This document shows, piece by piece, positions 19,164 to 27,000 of a DNA stretch of 64,000 bases. This DNA is from an uncultured Acidimicrobiales bacterium (lineage in GTDB: Bacteria; Actinomycetota; Acidimicrobiia; Acidimicrobiales; Ilumatobacteraceae): NCBI GenBank assembly GCA_963728985.1, contig CAVSME010000008.1, positions 153,485 through 217,484 on the forward strand. Direction: 5' to 3'. The notes under the pieces were generated by a model that made no database searches, was not told the origin of the DNA, and saw only the letters and a list, made by a program, of their open reading frames with translations. The translations under genes were made by a program, and so were the position numbers. Numbering within the stretch: the stretch's first letter is position 1; each line of letters starts with the position of its first letter.

Positions 19164-19238
19164 ATGTACATAGGCGTCGGCACGATCGTGCTCATCCTCA
19201 TCATCGTGCTCGTGGTGCTCGCTCTGTCCCGCCGCTAA
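19164..19238 (+). CDS. 24-aa hydrophobic peptide (speculative)
   Basis: MYIGVGTIVLILIIVLVVLALSRR: one TM helix with an RR tail and a TAA stop, in an otherwise non-coding gap. Codons such as ATA are atypical for the window. Confidence 0.3.
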   Translation: MYIGVGTIVLILIIVLVVLALSRR

Positions 19239-19918
19239 GAGCCTCTGCTGGCGCGGTCGTAGCCCTCGCTGAAGAAGGCCACGGCGGCGACGACGTCGGG
19301 CACGGCGCCGGCCCCGAGGCTGGCGCCGAAGGGTTCGTTCCAGAAGTCGCCCTTGCGGGCCGTCCACGGCCCCACGTAGAGGTAGGGCTCGGGATGGGCG
19401 TCGTCGCCGACGGAACCGCCGTAGTTGACCTCGCCGAACGAGAGGGCGAGGTCGAAGTGCTCGGGCCAGAGGGTGGCGTCGGTCGGCTGCTCGTCGCGAT
19501 GCTGCGCGGCGAAGGCCCCGAGCGCGTCGGCGACGAGGGCGAACCAGGCCGCGATGGCGGCGGCCGCGTCGGGATCGATCTCGAGCCCGGCGTCCAGATC
19601 GAGCGGCGTCGCCGGGGCGTACGTGCCGGACGGCAAGCCGGGGTGGATGCCGACGAGCGTGCCCGCCGAGCGCAGCGTGGTCACCGGTTCGCGCGTCACC
19701 TCGCCGGTCTCGTCGCGCACGACCAGATCGCCGCCGATGACCTCGATCCAGCGCCCGTCGGTCAGGGGCGTGCCGATGCCGCCGAGGGCGGGCTGCAGGC
19801 CGATGCGCCCGACGGCCCGGTAGCGAGCCGCCGCCAGGACGTGCTCGGCCACGATGTGCAGCGCGTCGCGCGTCTCGGCGAAGCGGGGCGGCAGGGGGCT
19901 CCAGGGGGCGGCGGGCAT
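19235..19918 (-). CDS. conserved hypothetical protein
   Basis: ATG 19918 gives MPAAPWSPLPPRFAETRDALHIVAEHVL...LWPEHFDLALSF...PYLYVGPW, which is protein-like. The upstream 310 track codons run through the repeats. Confidence 0.65.
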   Translation of the reverse strand: MPAAPWSPLPPRFAETRDALHIVAEHVLAAARYRAVGRIGLQPALGGIGTPLTDGRWIEVIGGDLVVRDETGEVTREPVTTLRSAGTLVGIHPGLPSGTYAPATPLDLDAGLEIDPDAAAAIAAWFALVADALGAFAAQHRDEQPTDATLWPEHFDLALSFGEVNYGGSVGDDAHPEPYLYVGPWTARKGDFWNEPFGASLGAGAVPDVVAAVAFFSEGYDRASRGS

Positions 19919-19960
19919 GGCGGCCACCGTACCGGCCACCCCACCCACGCTCGGCGCGGC

Positions 19961-20050
19961 GGAATCCTGTTCCGATCGGCGTTTGGGTGCCGATTGCCTC
20001 GCCTGGCGGGCCGATCGGCACCCATGACCGAATCGGCACCCAACGTCGCT
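19961..20050 (+). repeat. family-1 structured repeat, copy B
   Basis: Same ~90-bp sequence as copy A, with a single visible difference (TTCCGATCGG versus TTCGGATCGG). It is followed directly by the 77-bp tandem array. Confidence 0.9.
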
Positions 20051-20253
20051 TGGCCGAGGGATTGTCCGAGCGCAGCGAGTCGGCGCCGAAGAGGCGAGTG
20101 CCGCCGCAGTGCGGCGGCAGGGGCAGGTGGCCGAGGGATTGTCCGAGCGCAGCGAGTCGGCGCCGAAGAGGCGAGTGCCGCCGCAGTGCGGCGGCAGGGG
20201 CAGGTGGCCGAGGGATTGTCCGAGCGCAGCGAGTCGGCGCCGAAGAGGCGCCG
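20051..20253 (+). repeat. family-2 tandem repeat, 77-bp unit x about 2.6
   Basis: Units start at 20051, 20128 and 20205 and are identical by eye: TGGCCGAGGGATTGTCCGAGCGCAGCGAGTCGGCGCCGAAGAGGCGAGTGCCGCCGCAGTGCGGCGGCAGGGGCAGG. Each full unit carries the hairpin GCCGCCGC-AGT-GCGGCGGC. Confidence 0.9.
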
Positions 20254-20838
20254 CTAGGACATCGACAGGTGCCAGGTCTCGTTGAAGGAGCGCAGCACGG
20301 CGCCCCGGGGGGTGATGGCGATGCGGGAGATGGAGGCCTGGTCGAGGTGGGCCCGCCAGGCCGTCTCGGCGTCGGCGTGCAGCACCCACGACACCGCCGC
20401 CTTGATCGGGGACACGTGGCTGACGACGGCGATGTCGATGTCGGCCGCCGCCGTCACCAGCTCCTGCATCGCCTCGGCCACCCGCTCCCCCATCTGCACG
20501 AGCGACTCCCCGCCCATCGGCACGAACGAGGTGTCGACCCGCCAGCGCTCCCACAGCTCGGTGGCCGCGGCCGTGCCGAGCTCCACGCCGTCGTAGACGC
20601 CGTAGTCGACCTCGATCCACCGGTCGTCGACCTCGACGGGCGGGCCGATGTACTCCGCGGTCTCCCGGGCCCGCAGCAACGGGCTGGCGATGACGCGGTC
20701 GATGCCCTTCAGGGCGTCGCCGATGGCCGCCGCCTGGGTGAGGCCGACCTCGTCGAGGGGTGGGTCGAGCCGCCCGACCAGGCGGCCGGCAGCGTTGAAC
20801 CCGGTACGGCCGTGGCGGACGAGGATCAGCACGCCCAC
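20254..20838 (-). CDS. histidine phosphatase family protein (CobC/PGM-like)
   Basis: LVRHGRT (RHG motif), SPLLRARETA, and VVSHVSPIK. Confidence 0.9.
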   Translation of the reverse strand: MGVLILVRHGRTGFNAAGRLVGRLDPPLDEVGLTQAAAIGDALKGIDRVIASPLLRARETAEYIGPPVEVDDRWIEVDYGVYDGVELGTAAATELWERWRVDTSFVPMGGESLVQMGERVAEAMQELVTAAADIDIAVVSHVSPIKAAVSWVLHADAETAWRAHLDQASISRIAITPRGAVLRSFNETWHLSMS

Positions 20839-20863
20839 AGTCGATCACACTCCGGGGCGCCCG

Positions 20864-21346
20864 TTACACGAGGGCGGGGTCGAGATGTCCTGTGCGCCAG
20901 AACAGTCGCCGGCGGCGGGGATCGGCCAGTCCGAAGCGCCGCCACCCCCAGGCCAGGATCAGCAGCCCGGTCACCTCGAACCCCAGGCTGAGCAGGCCCC
21001 GGTCGACGGACGGGAGGGGCTGCTCACCAAGCGTCGATCCGCTGAAGGGCCACCAGAACACGTTGGCGTCACCCCAGGCACCGTCGAACACGAGGTGCAG
21101 GAACATCCCGATGGGCAGGAACAGCCACCGCCGGCGCTGCGCCCGCCGCCCGATCGTGGCCAGCATCACCACGACCAGGACGGCCACGCTGAAGGTGATC
21201 GAGTGGGCCACGGCGGCGCCGCCGAACGGAGCGTCGATCAGGTCAGGGATTATGGCCCCGACGAAGAGCACTCGGTAGTCGATCGCCGGGTCGTGGAAGA
21301 CGAACCACACGGTGAGGAACGCCGTTCCCCAGAACCACAGGAGCAC
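20864..21346 (-). CDS. membrane-bound metal-dependent hydrolase-like protein (YdjM/DUF457-like)
   Basis: 160 aa with 4-5 hydrophobic helices and conserved D/H positions (IIPDLIDAPFGG..AHSITF...HLVFDG). Confidence 0.5.
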   Translation of the reverse strand: MLLWFWGTAFLTVWFVFHDPAIDYRVLFVGAIIPDLIDAPFGGAAVAHSITFSVAVLVVVMLATIGRRAQRRRWLFLPIGMFLHLVFDGAWGDANVFWWPFSGSTLGEQPLPSVDRGLLSLGFEVTGLLILAWGWRRFGLADPRRRRLFWRTGHLDPALV

Positions 21347-22054
21347 TCAAACCACCAGGATGCGGCCGCACTGCTCGCACTCGATGATGGCGTCGGGGCG
21401 GGCGGCGCGCACCCGCTCCAGCTCGAGCAGCGGGAGGTCCAGGTTGCAGCCGGTGCACCGGTTCCCGTCGAGGGTGGCCACGGCCACGCCGCCGAACTTC
21501 GGGCGCATGCGCTCGTACCGGGCGAGGAGCGCCTCGGGGATGGGTGCGGCCGCCTGGACCCGCGCCGCGCCCACGGCCGCCAACTCGGCATCGACGCCGG
21601 CCTCGGCGTCGGCCAATGCGGCCCGTGCGGCGGTCAGGCGCTCGTCGAGCTGCACCTGCTCGTCGGCCCCCGTCGCCAGCCGTTGGTCGAGCGGCTCCAG
21701 CGCCTCCATGAGCTCGAGCAGGTTGTCTTCCATCGACGACTGCCTGGCCTTCAGGCCGTCGATCTCACCGCTCATGGCCTGCGCCTCGCGGGGAACGCTC
21801 GTCGCGGCGAGGCGGCGCTCGAGGACGCGGCGCTTCTCCTCGGTGACCGCCACCTCCCCCTCGATGCGCTCCTGGTCGGCGGCGAGGCGGTTCTGCTCGG
21901 CGCCGGCGCTCGCCAGCTCGGCCCCCAAGCGAGCGCGCTCACCTTCGAGGCCGGCCACGAGGGCGCGCTCGGGCAGCGTGGCCCGGCGATGGCGAAGCTG
22001 GTCCGCGGCCGTGTCCTGCTGCTGCAACACGAGCAGCGCGTGCAGATCAGCCAT
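21347..22054 (-). CDS. coiled-coil protein with C-terminal C4 zinc ribbon (COG1579-like)
   Basis: Long coiled coil followed by CTGCNLDLP...CEQCGRILV. It abuts its flanking genes with no gap. Confidence 0.8.
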   Translation of the reverse strand: MADLHALLVLQQQDTAADQLRHRRATLPERALVAGLEGERARLGAELASAGAEQNRLAADQERIEGEVAVTEEKRRVLERRLAATSVPREAQAMSGEIDGLKARQSSMEDNLLELMEALEPLDQRLATGADEQVQLDERLTAARAALADAEAGVDAELAAVGAARVQAAAPIPEALLARYERMRPKFGGVAVATLDGNRCTGCNLDLPLLELERVRAARPDAIIECEQCGRILVV

Positions 22055-24415
22055 CTATCCGGACTTCGGCGGTCCGGTAGCCGGCGGCGTCGTCGCCGGT
22101 TGCGTCGGCGGTCCGGCAGCCGGCGGCGTCGTCGCCGGTGACTTCGGCGGTCCGGTAGCCGGTGGCGTCGTCGCCGGTGCCTTCGGCGGTCCGGTAGTCG
22201 CCGGTGGCGTCGTCGCCGGTGGCTTCGGCGCGGCGGTGGCGGGCGGGGCGGGCGGGCCGGCGCAGGAGCCGACGGTGGCACCCGACGGCGCGTACGCACC
22301 GACAGGGGCCGCCGGGTCGAGCTGGCTGGCCGGGATCGTGGTGCCGCTGGACACCCTGGAGTACACGGGCGCCGGCGCCTCGGTGGTCGCCGTCGGGTCG
22401 GGATCGACAGTGGCGCCGGGCGTCGTCACCGCCGGCGGTGCCGCGCTCACCGTGTAGAGGCACTCGTTGCCCGGCAGGTACAGGCGCTTCGAGCCGCGGG
22501 CCGGCTTTGGCGCGGCGGGCCAGTCCTCCTCGGGGTAGCCCTTCGCCTCGCTGGCATTGGCGATGAACTGCTCCCAGATGCGGTACGGCAGGTTCCCGCC
22601 GTGGACGTTGCTGACCCCGACGGCGCGGAACTCCGGGATGTTGCGCATCCCGTCGGTCCCGCTGGCCAGCGGGTTGCCCAGCCACACGGCCGCCGACAGC
22701 TGCGTGGTGAAGCCCTCGAACGTGGCATTGGTGTTGTTCTCGTAGGTGCCGGTCTTGCCGGCCGCCGGGCGGGTGCCGAGGAACTTCTTCGACGAGCTCT
22801 CCACCGTGCCGTGCTTGATGACGCCCTTCAGCGTGTTGATCGCGGTGAGGGCGATCTCGGGGGCCACCGCCGGGGCTCCGGGATCCTGGTGCTGGTACAC
22901 GATCGACCCGTCGGACCCCTCGATCCGCTCGATGTAGTAGGCGTCGTGGCGCACGCCCTGGGTCGACAGGGTGGCGCCGCTCGTGGCGAAGTCGAGCGGC
23001 GAGATCTCGTTGCCGCCGGTGGCGAAGGCGGCGATCGGCTGGATGTCGCTCTTCACCCCGAGCCGGTGGGCGGTGTCGACCACGCGGCTGAGCCCGACGA
23101 TCTGGCTGAGCTTGGCGTAGGCGCAGTTGATGGACAGCGCCGTCATGGTGGAGACGGTGTCGACGGACCGGCTGACACCGTCGTGGATGAGGAAGGGCTC
23201 CTTCGAGCCGGGGTTCGGCAACGAGCACGGCAGCGTGCCGTCGATGGTGTCGTTGGGTTGCACTCCGGCCTGGAGGGCGGCCAGCAGGATGAAGAGCTTG
23301 GCCGACGAGCCGGTCTGGCGGGGCGTGATGGCCAGGTTCACCTGCGACTGGTCGAAGCCCCGCCCGCCGACCATGGCCACGACCGCGCCCGTACGGGCGT
23401 CCTCGGCGGCGAGCGCCGCCTGGAAACGGCCGCCGGTGTCGGGCAGCTGCTCGGCCACGGCCTGGTCGGCCGCCTGCTGGATGGTGGGGTCGAGCGTCGT
23501 GTAGATGCGCAGGCCGCCGCGGTAGAGGGCGTTGTAGCGGGTCTGGGCGTCGCTGCCGAGGATCGTCGTCTCGTTGAGGAGCTGCTTGCGCACCTCCTCG
23601 GTGAAGTACGAGCGGGGAACCGCCGTCTGCGGCGTCGAGAGCTGCTTGGTGGGCAACGGCCACGCGTCGCCCGCCTGCTTGGCCTGGTCCTCGGTGATCC
23701 TGCCCGTCGCCGCCAGCCGTTCGGTGGTCTGCTTGAACCGGGCGCGGGCCCGCTCGGGGTGGGCCAGCGGGTCGTAGCCCGACGGGTTGCGGATGAGCCC
23801 GGCCAGGAACGCACCCTCGTAGAGATCGAGCTGGTCCACGTTCTTGCCGAAGTACGTCTCGGCCGCAGCCTGGAGCCCGTAGGCGTTGTTCCCGAGGTAG
23901 ACGGTGTTCAGGTAGCGCTCGAGGATCTCGTCCTTCGAGTACTTCTGCTCGACACGCCACGCGTACGCCGCTTCGAGGATCTTGCGATCGGTGTCACGGT
24001 CGCTGGTGAGCAGCAGGTTCTTCACCAGCTGCTGGGTGATGGTGGATCCGCCCTGCGTCACCTCGCCGGCCGAGACGTTGACCAGCATGGCCCGCACGAG
24101 GCTCTTCGCGTTGACGCCTTTGTGCGTGTAGAAGCTCTCGTCCTCGACGGCCAGGACGGCGTCGACCACGTCCTTCGGGACCTGCGCGATCTTGAACGGC
24201 TCGCGGTTCTCGGCCTTGAAGATGTCGATCTGGTTCCCCGCCGCGTCGAACACGATCGACCGGCGGGCCAGCTCCGAGAACGCCGGGAGGTCCGTGGCCT
24301 CGACGGTGTTGGCGGTGACGATCTGCACCACCTGCGGCACCACGGCCACGCCAATCGCAGCCAGCCCGAGGCCGGCCACGACCACGGTGATGGCGAGGCG
24401 GAAGAGGGTCTTCAC
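22055..24415 (-). CDS. class A penicillin-binding protein (glycosyltransferase + transpeptidase) with a Pro/Thr-rich tail
   Basis: N-terminal TM; GT51 motifs EDESFYTHKGVN and GGSTITQQLVKN; transpeptidase STGSSAKLF (SxxK); C-terminal repeats ATTPPATGPPK. Confidence 0.93.
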   Translation of the reverse strand: MKTLFRLAITVVVAGLGLAAIGVAVVPQVVQIVTANTVEATDLPAFSELARRSIVFDAAGNQIDIFKAENREPFKIAQVPKDVVDAVLAVEDESFYTHKGVNAKSLVRAMLVNVSAGEVTQGGSTITQQLVKNLLLTSDRDTDRKILEAAYAWRVEQKYSKDEILERYLNTVYLGNNAYGLQAAAETYFGKNVDQLDLYEGAFLAGLIRNPSGYDPLAHPERARARFKQTTERLAATGRITEDQAKQAGDAWPLPTKQLSTPQTAVPRSYFTEEVRKQLLNETTILGSDAQTRYNALYRGGLRIYTTLDPTIQQAADQAVAEQLPDTGGRFQAALAAEDARTGAVVAMVGGRGFDQSQVNLAITPRQTGSSAKLFILLAALQAGVQPNDTIDGTLPCSLPNPGSKEPFLIHDGVSRSVDTVSTMTALSINCAYAKLSQIVGLSRVVDTAHRLGVKSDIQPIAAFATGGNEISPLDFATSGATLSTQGVRHDAYYIERIEGSDGSIVYQHQDPGAPAVAPEIALTAINTLKGVIKHGTVESSSKKFLGTRPAAGKTGTYENNTNATFEGFTTQLSAAVWLGNPLASGTDGMRNIPEFRAVGVSNVHGGNLPYRIWEQFIANASEAKGYPEEDWPAAPKPARGSKRLYLPGNECLYTVSAAPPAVTTPGATVDPDPTATTEAPAPVYSRVSSGTTIPASQLDPAAPVGAYAPSGATVGSCAGPPAPPATAAPKPPATTPPATTGPPKAPATTPPATGPPKSPATTPPAAGPPTQPATTPPATGPPKSG

Positions 24416-24478
24416 GTTCGGTCGAGGGTACCCGCCACATACCCCCGCATCGGGGTCATCGCCGGCCCCGGTGCTGGA

Positions 24479-25120
24479 CTACGCGTCCTGGAAGGCGCGG
24501 TCGCGGTTGGCGTCGATCCAGCTCTGGAGGGCGGCGCCCGACTCGAAGCTGACGATGAGCGCGTATCGGGCAGCGGGGCCGGGGTGGTGCACGCCGTGCC
24601 ACATCCGCTCCGAGTCGACGACGAACTGGGTCCCTCGCGCCAGCGGGATACGCACCTCGCCGTCGCGATCCTCTTTCGCCGTGCGCAGGATCATGCTGCT
24701 GCCGGGATCATCGGTGAGCTGCAGCCACGCCCGCACCACGCGGCCGGTGCCGTCGGGGTTGAGGCGGTTGTTGTCGTCGAGGTGGATCCACCGCTCCACG
24801 TCGGGCATCACGTTCGGCTCCAGCTTGATCACCCGGACCCGCCCGTAGTCGGCGCCGACGCGCACCGTCCACTCGACGAGCGTGGGGCTGATGGCGGCGT
24901 TGGTCGTCCACACGCCGTCCTTGTCCGCCTTGCCGTGGTCCCAGAAGCCGGCGCACTCGACGGCACCGTAGGCAGAGGCGATCGGCGCGAAGTTGGTGTC
25001 CCCACCGCTCTTCCAATCGCGGTACTCGAGGTCCAGGTACTCCGCCTCGGGGATCTCGAGATCGCACCGGCCGAGCACGACGTAGCCCCGCTCGGCCAGC
25101 TCGGGCAGCTCGTGAAGCAT
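24479..25120 (-). CDS. hypothetical protein
   Basis: 213-aa ORF with balanced, W/D/E-containing composition. No family confidently recognised. Confidence 0.6.
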   Translation of the reverse strand: MLHELPELAERGYVVLGRCDLEIPEAEYLDLEYRDWKSGGDTNFAPIASAYGAVECAGFWDHGKADKDGVWTTNAAISPTLVEWTVRVGADYGRVRVIKLEPNVMPDVERWIHLDDNNRLNPDGTGRVVRAWLQLTDDPGSSMILRTAKEDRDGEVRIPLARGTQFVVDSERMWHGVHHPGPAARYALIVSFESGAALQSWIDANRDRAFQDA

Positions 25121-25146
25121 GGCGGCATGGTACCGACTTTGATGCG

Positions 25147-25223
25147 GCGCCTAGCGGCGCCGACTCGCTGTGCTCGGACAATCCCGCCGGCACCTGCGCC
25201 GCCGCTGCATTGCGGCGGCACTC
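25147..25223 (-). repeat. family-2 repeat, diverged single copy (inverted)
   Basis: The reverse complement reads GAGTGCCGCCGCAATGCAGCGGCGGCGCAGGTGCCGGCGGGATTGTCCGAGCACAGCGAGTCGGCGCCGCTAGG. It aligns to the 77-bp unit and keeps the GCCGCCGC/GCGGCGGC stem with a different loop. Confidence 0.75.
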
Positions 25224-25247
25224 TCCTTCACCGGCCACACTGGCGCC

Positions 25248-26063
25248 ATGGTGGTGGGCCTCCGTCGCCGCTGGTGGTGGATCGCCGCCGGCATCGTCGT
25301 GGTCGTGGCCGTCGGCGTGTTCGTCCTTGTCCGCTTCGTGTTCCTGCACGACACCACCACCGCCCTTTCCTCCGACGACGTGCTGGCCCGCTACCGCGCC
25401 TCGTCCACCGTCGCCACCGCCGCGACCACCGCACCGGCGGCAACCCTGAGCCTGCCCGCGCCCGGCGTGTACCGGTACGCGACGACGGGCTCGGAGCGGG
25501 TCGACGCCCTCGGCGGCACCACCCACGCTTACCCGGCCACCACGACGATCACCATCACACCGTCGACGTGCGGCGTGCAGACGCGCTGGGATGCGCTGAA
25601 GGAACGGTGGAGCAGCCGCCAGCTCTGCCTGGGTGAGGGCGGCATCGTCTCCGGCGCGTACACGGACTTCCACCGCTTCTACGGCCAGGACGACCGCTCC
25701 GACTGGAACTGCGCCCCGCCCTACGTCGTGGTACCGGCGGCGCCGGGGGCGGGAGCCAGATGGACGGGAACGTGCACCGACGGTCAGGGAACCACCGAGT
25801 CGACGACGGTGTCGGTGGTCGCCCTCGAAGACGTCACCGTCGCCGGTCAGCACGTCGCTGCGGTGCACACGCAGCGGGTGGAGGACGATGTCGCCAAGGA
25901 CGGCACTGCCCACACGACAACCGACCAATGGTTCGACATGCGTACCGGGCTGGTGCTGCGGGAGACAGCCACCTCGTCGTCGACCACGTCCACGTTCGTC
26001 GGCGACGTCCACTACCAGGAGCAGTACGAGCTGAAGATCGCGTCGCTCGATCCGCAGCGCTGA
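25248..26063 (+). CDS. membrane-anchored hypothetical protein
   Basis: ATG 25248 gives MVVGLRRRWWWIAAGIVVVVAVGVFVLV (signal-anchor), then a Thr-rich linker and a Cys-containing extracytoplasmic domain. Confidence 0.6.
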   Translation: MVVGLRRRWWWIAAGIVVVVAVGVFVLVRFVFLHDTTTALSSDDVLARYRASSTVATAATTAPAATLSLPAPGVYRYATTGSERVDALGGTTHAYPATTTITITPSTCGVQTRWDALKERWSSRQLCLGEGGIVSGAYTDFHRFYGQDDRSDWNCAPPYVVVPAAPGAGARWTGTCTDGQGTTESTTVSVVALEDVTVAGQHVAAVHTQRVEDDVAKDGTAHTTTDQWFDMRTGLVLRETATSSSTTSTFVGDVHYQEQYELKIASLDPQR

Positions 26064-26088
26064 CCGATTCCAGGTCCAGAATGGACCG

Positions 26089-27000
26089 ATGGAAGGCCAC
26101 GGCCACGACCACGGCGCCGCCGCCCGCGCCGGGGCCCGCCACCAGGGTCGCCTCGGGGCGGCACTCGCCCTGACGATCGCCTTCCTGATCGTCCAGGTCG
26201 TGGTCGGGCTGGCCACCGGATCGCTGGCCCTGCTGTCCGACGCCGGGCACATGGCGACCGACGCCCTCGGCCTCACGATGGCCCTGCTCGCCATCCATGT
26301 GGCCAACCGCGGCGGGCGCGACCGCCAGCGCACGTTCGGGCTGTACCGGCTGGAGATCCTGGCCGCACTGGCCAACGCGGTGCTGCTGTTCGGCGTGGCC
26401 GGCTACGTCCTGGTCGAAGCGGGGCGGCGGCTCTCCGACCCGCCCGACATCGCCTCGGGCGTGGTGCTCGTGGTCGGCATCATCGGTCTCGGCGTGAACC
26501 TGGCCTCGTTCGCCCTCCTCCGGGCCGGCTCGCGCGAGAGCCTCAACGTGGAGGGCGCCTACCTCGAGGTGGCGGCCGACACGCTCGGGTCCATCGGCGT
26601 CATCGTGGCGGCCATCGTGATGTCCCTCACCGACTGGCACTGGGTGGACCCCGTGATCGGCGCCGCCATCGGCGTGTTCATCCTGCCGAGGGCGTGGCGG
26701 TTGGGTGGCGAGGCGCTGCGCATCCTCGTCCAGGCGGCCCCGGCCGGCACCGACCTCGGTGCCATCGATGCGGACCTACGGGCCATCCCGGGCGTCGTCG
26801 ACGTGCACGACCTCCACGTGTGGACGCTCACCAGCGAGATGGAAGTGGCGACTGCGCACGTCATGGTGGCCGTCGGCACAGACGCCCACTCCGTGCTCGA
26901 CCAGGCCCGGCTGCTGCTCACCGAGCGCCACGGGCTGCCGCACGCCACCGTCCAGGTCGAACCGGACGACCATCGCGGCTGCGACGAGATCAGCTGGTGA
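26089..27000 (+). CDS. cation diffusion facilitator transporter (CzcD/ZitB-like)
   Basis: His-rich N-terminus (MEGHGHDHG), LALLSDAGHMATDALG, six TM segments, and a C-terminal cytoplasmic domain. Confidence 0.92.
   Translation: MEGHGHDHGAAARAGARHQGRLGAALALTIAFLIVQVVVGLATGSLALLSDAGHMATDALGLTMALLAIHVANRGGRDRQRTFGLYRLEILAALANAVLLFGVAGYVLVEAGRRLSDPPDIASGVVLVVGIIGLGVNLASFALLRAGSRESLNVEGAYLEVAADTLGSIGVIVAAIVMSLTDWHWVDPVIGAAIGVFILPRAWRLGGEALRILVQAAPAGTDLGAIDADLRAIPGVVDVHDLHVWTLTSEMEVATAHVMVAVGTDAHSVLDQARLLLTERHGLPHATVQVEPDDHRGCDEISW

Noticed and set aside
20051-20253. The 77-bp tandem array as a possible CRISPR array.
   Set aside because: The units are contiguous with no unique spacers between them, the unit is much longer than CRISPR repeats, and no cas genes are nearby.
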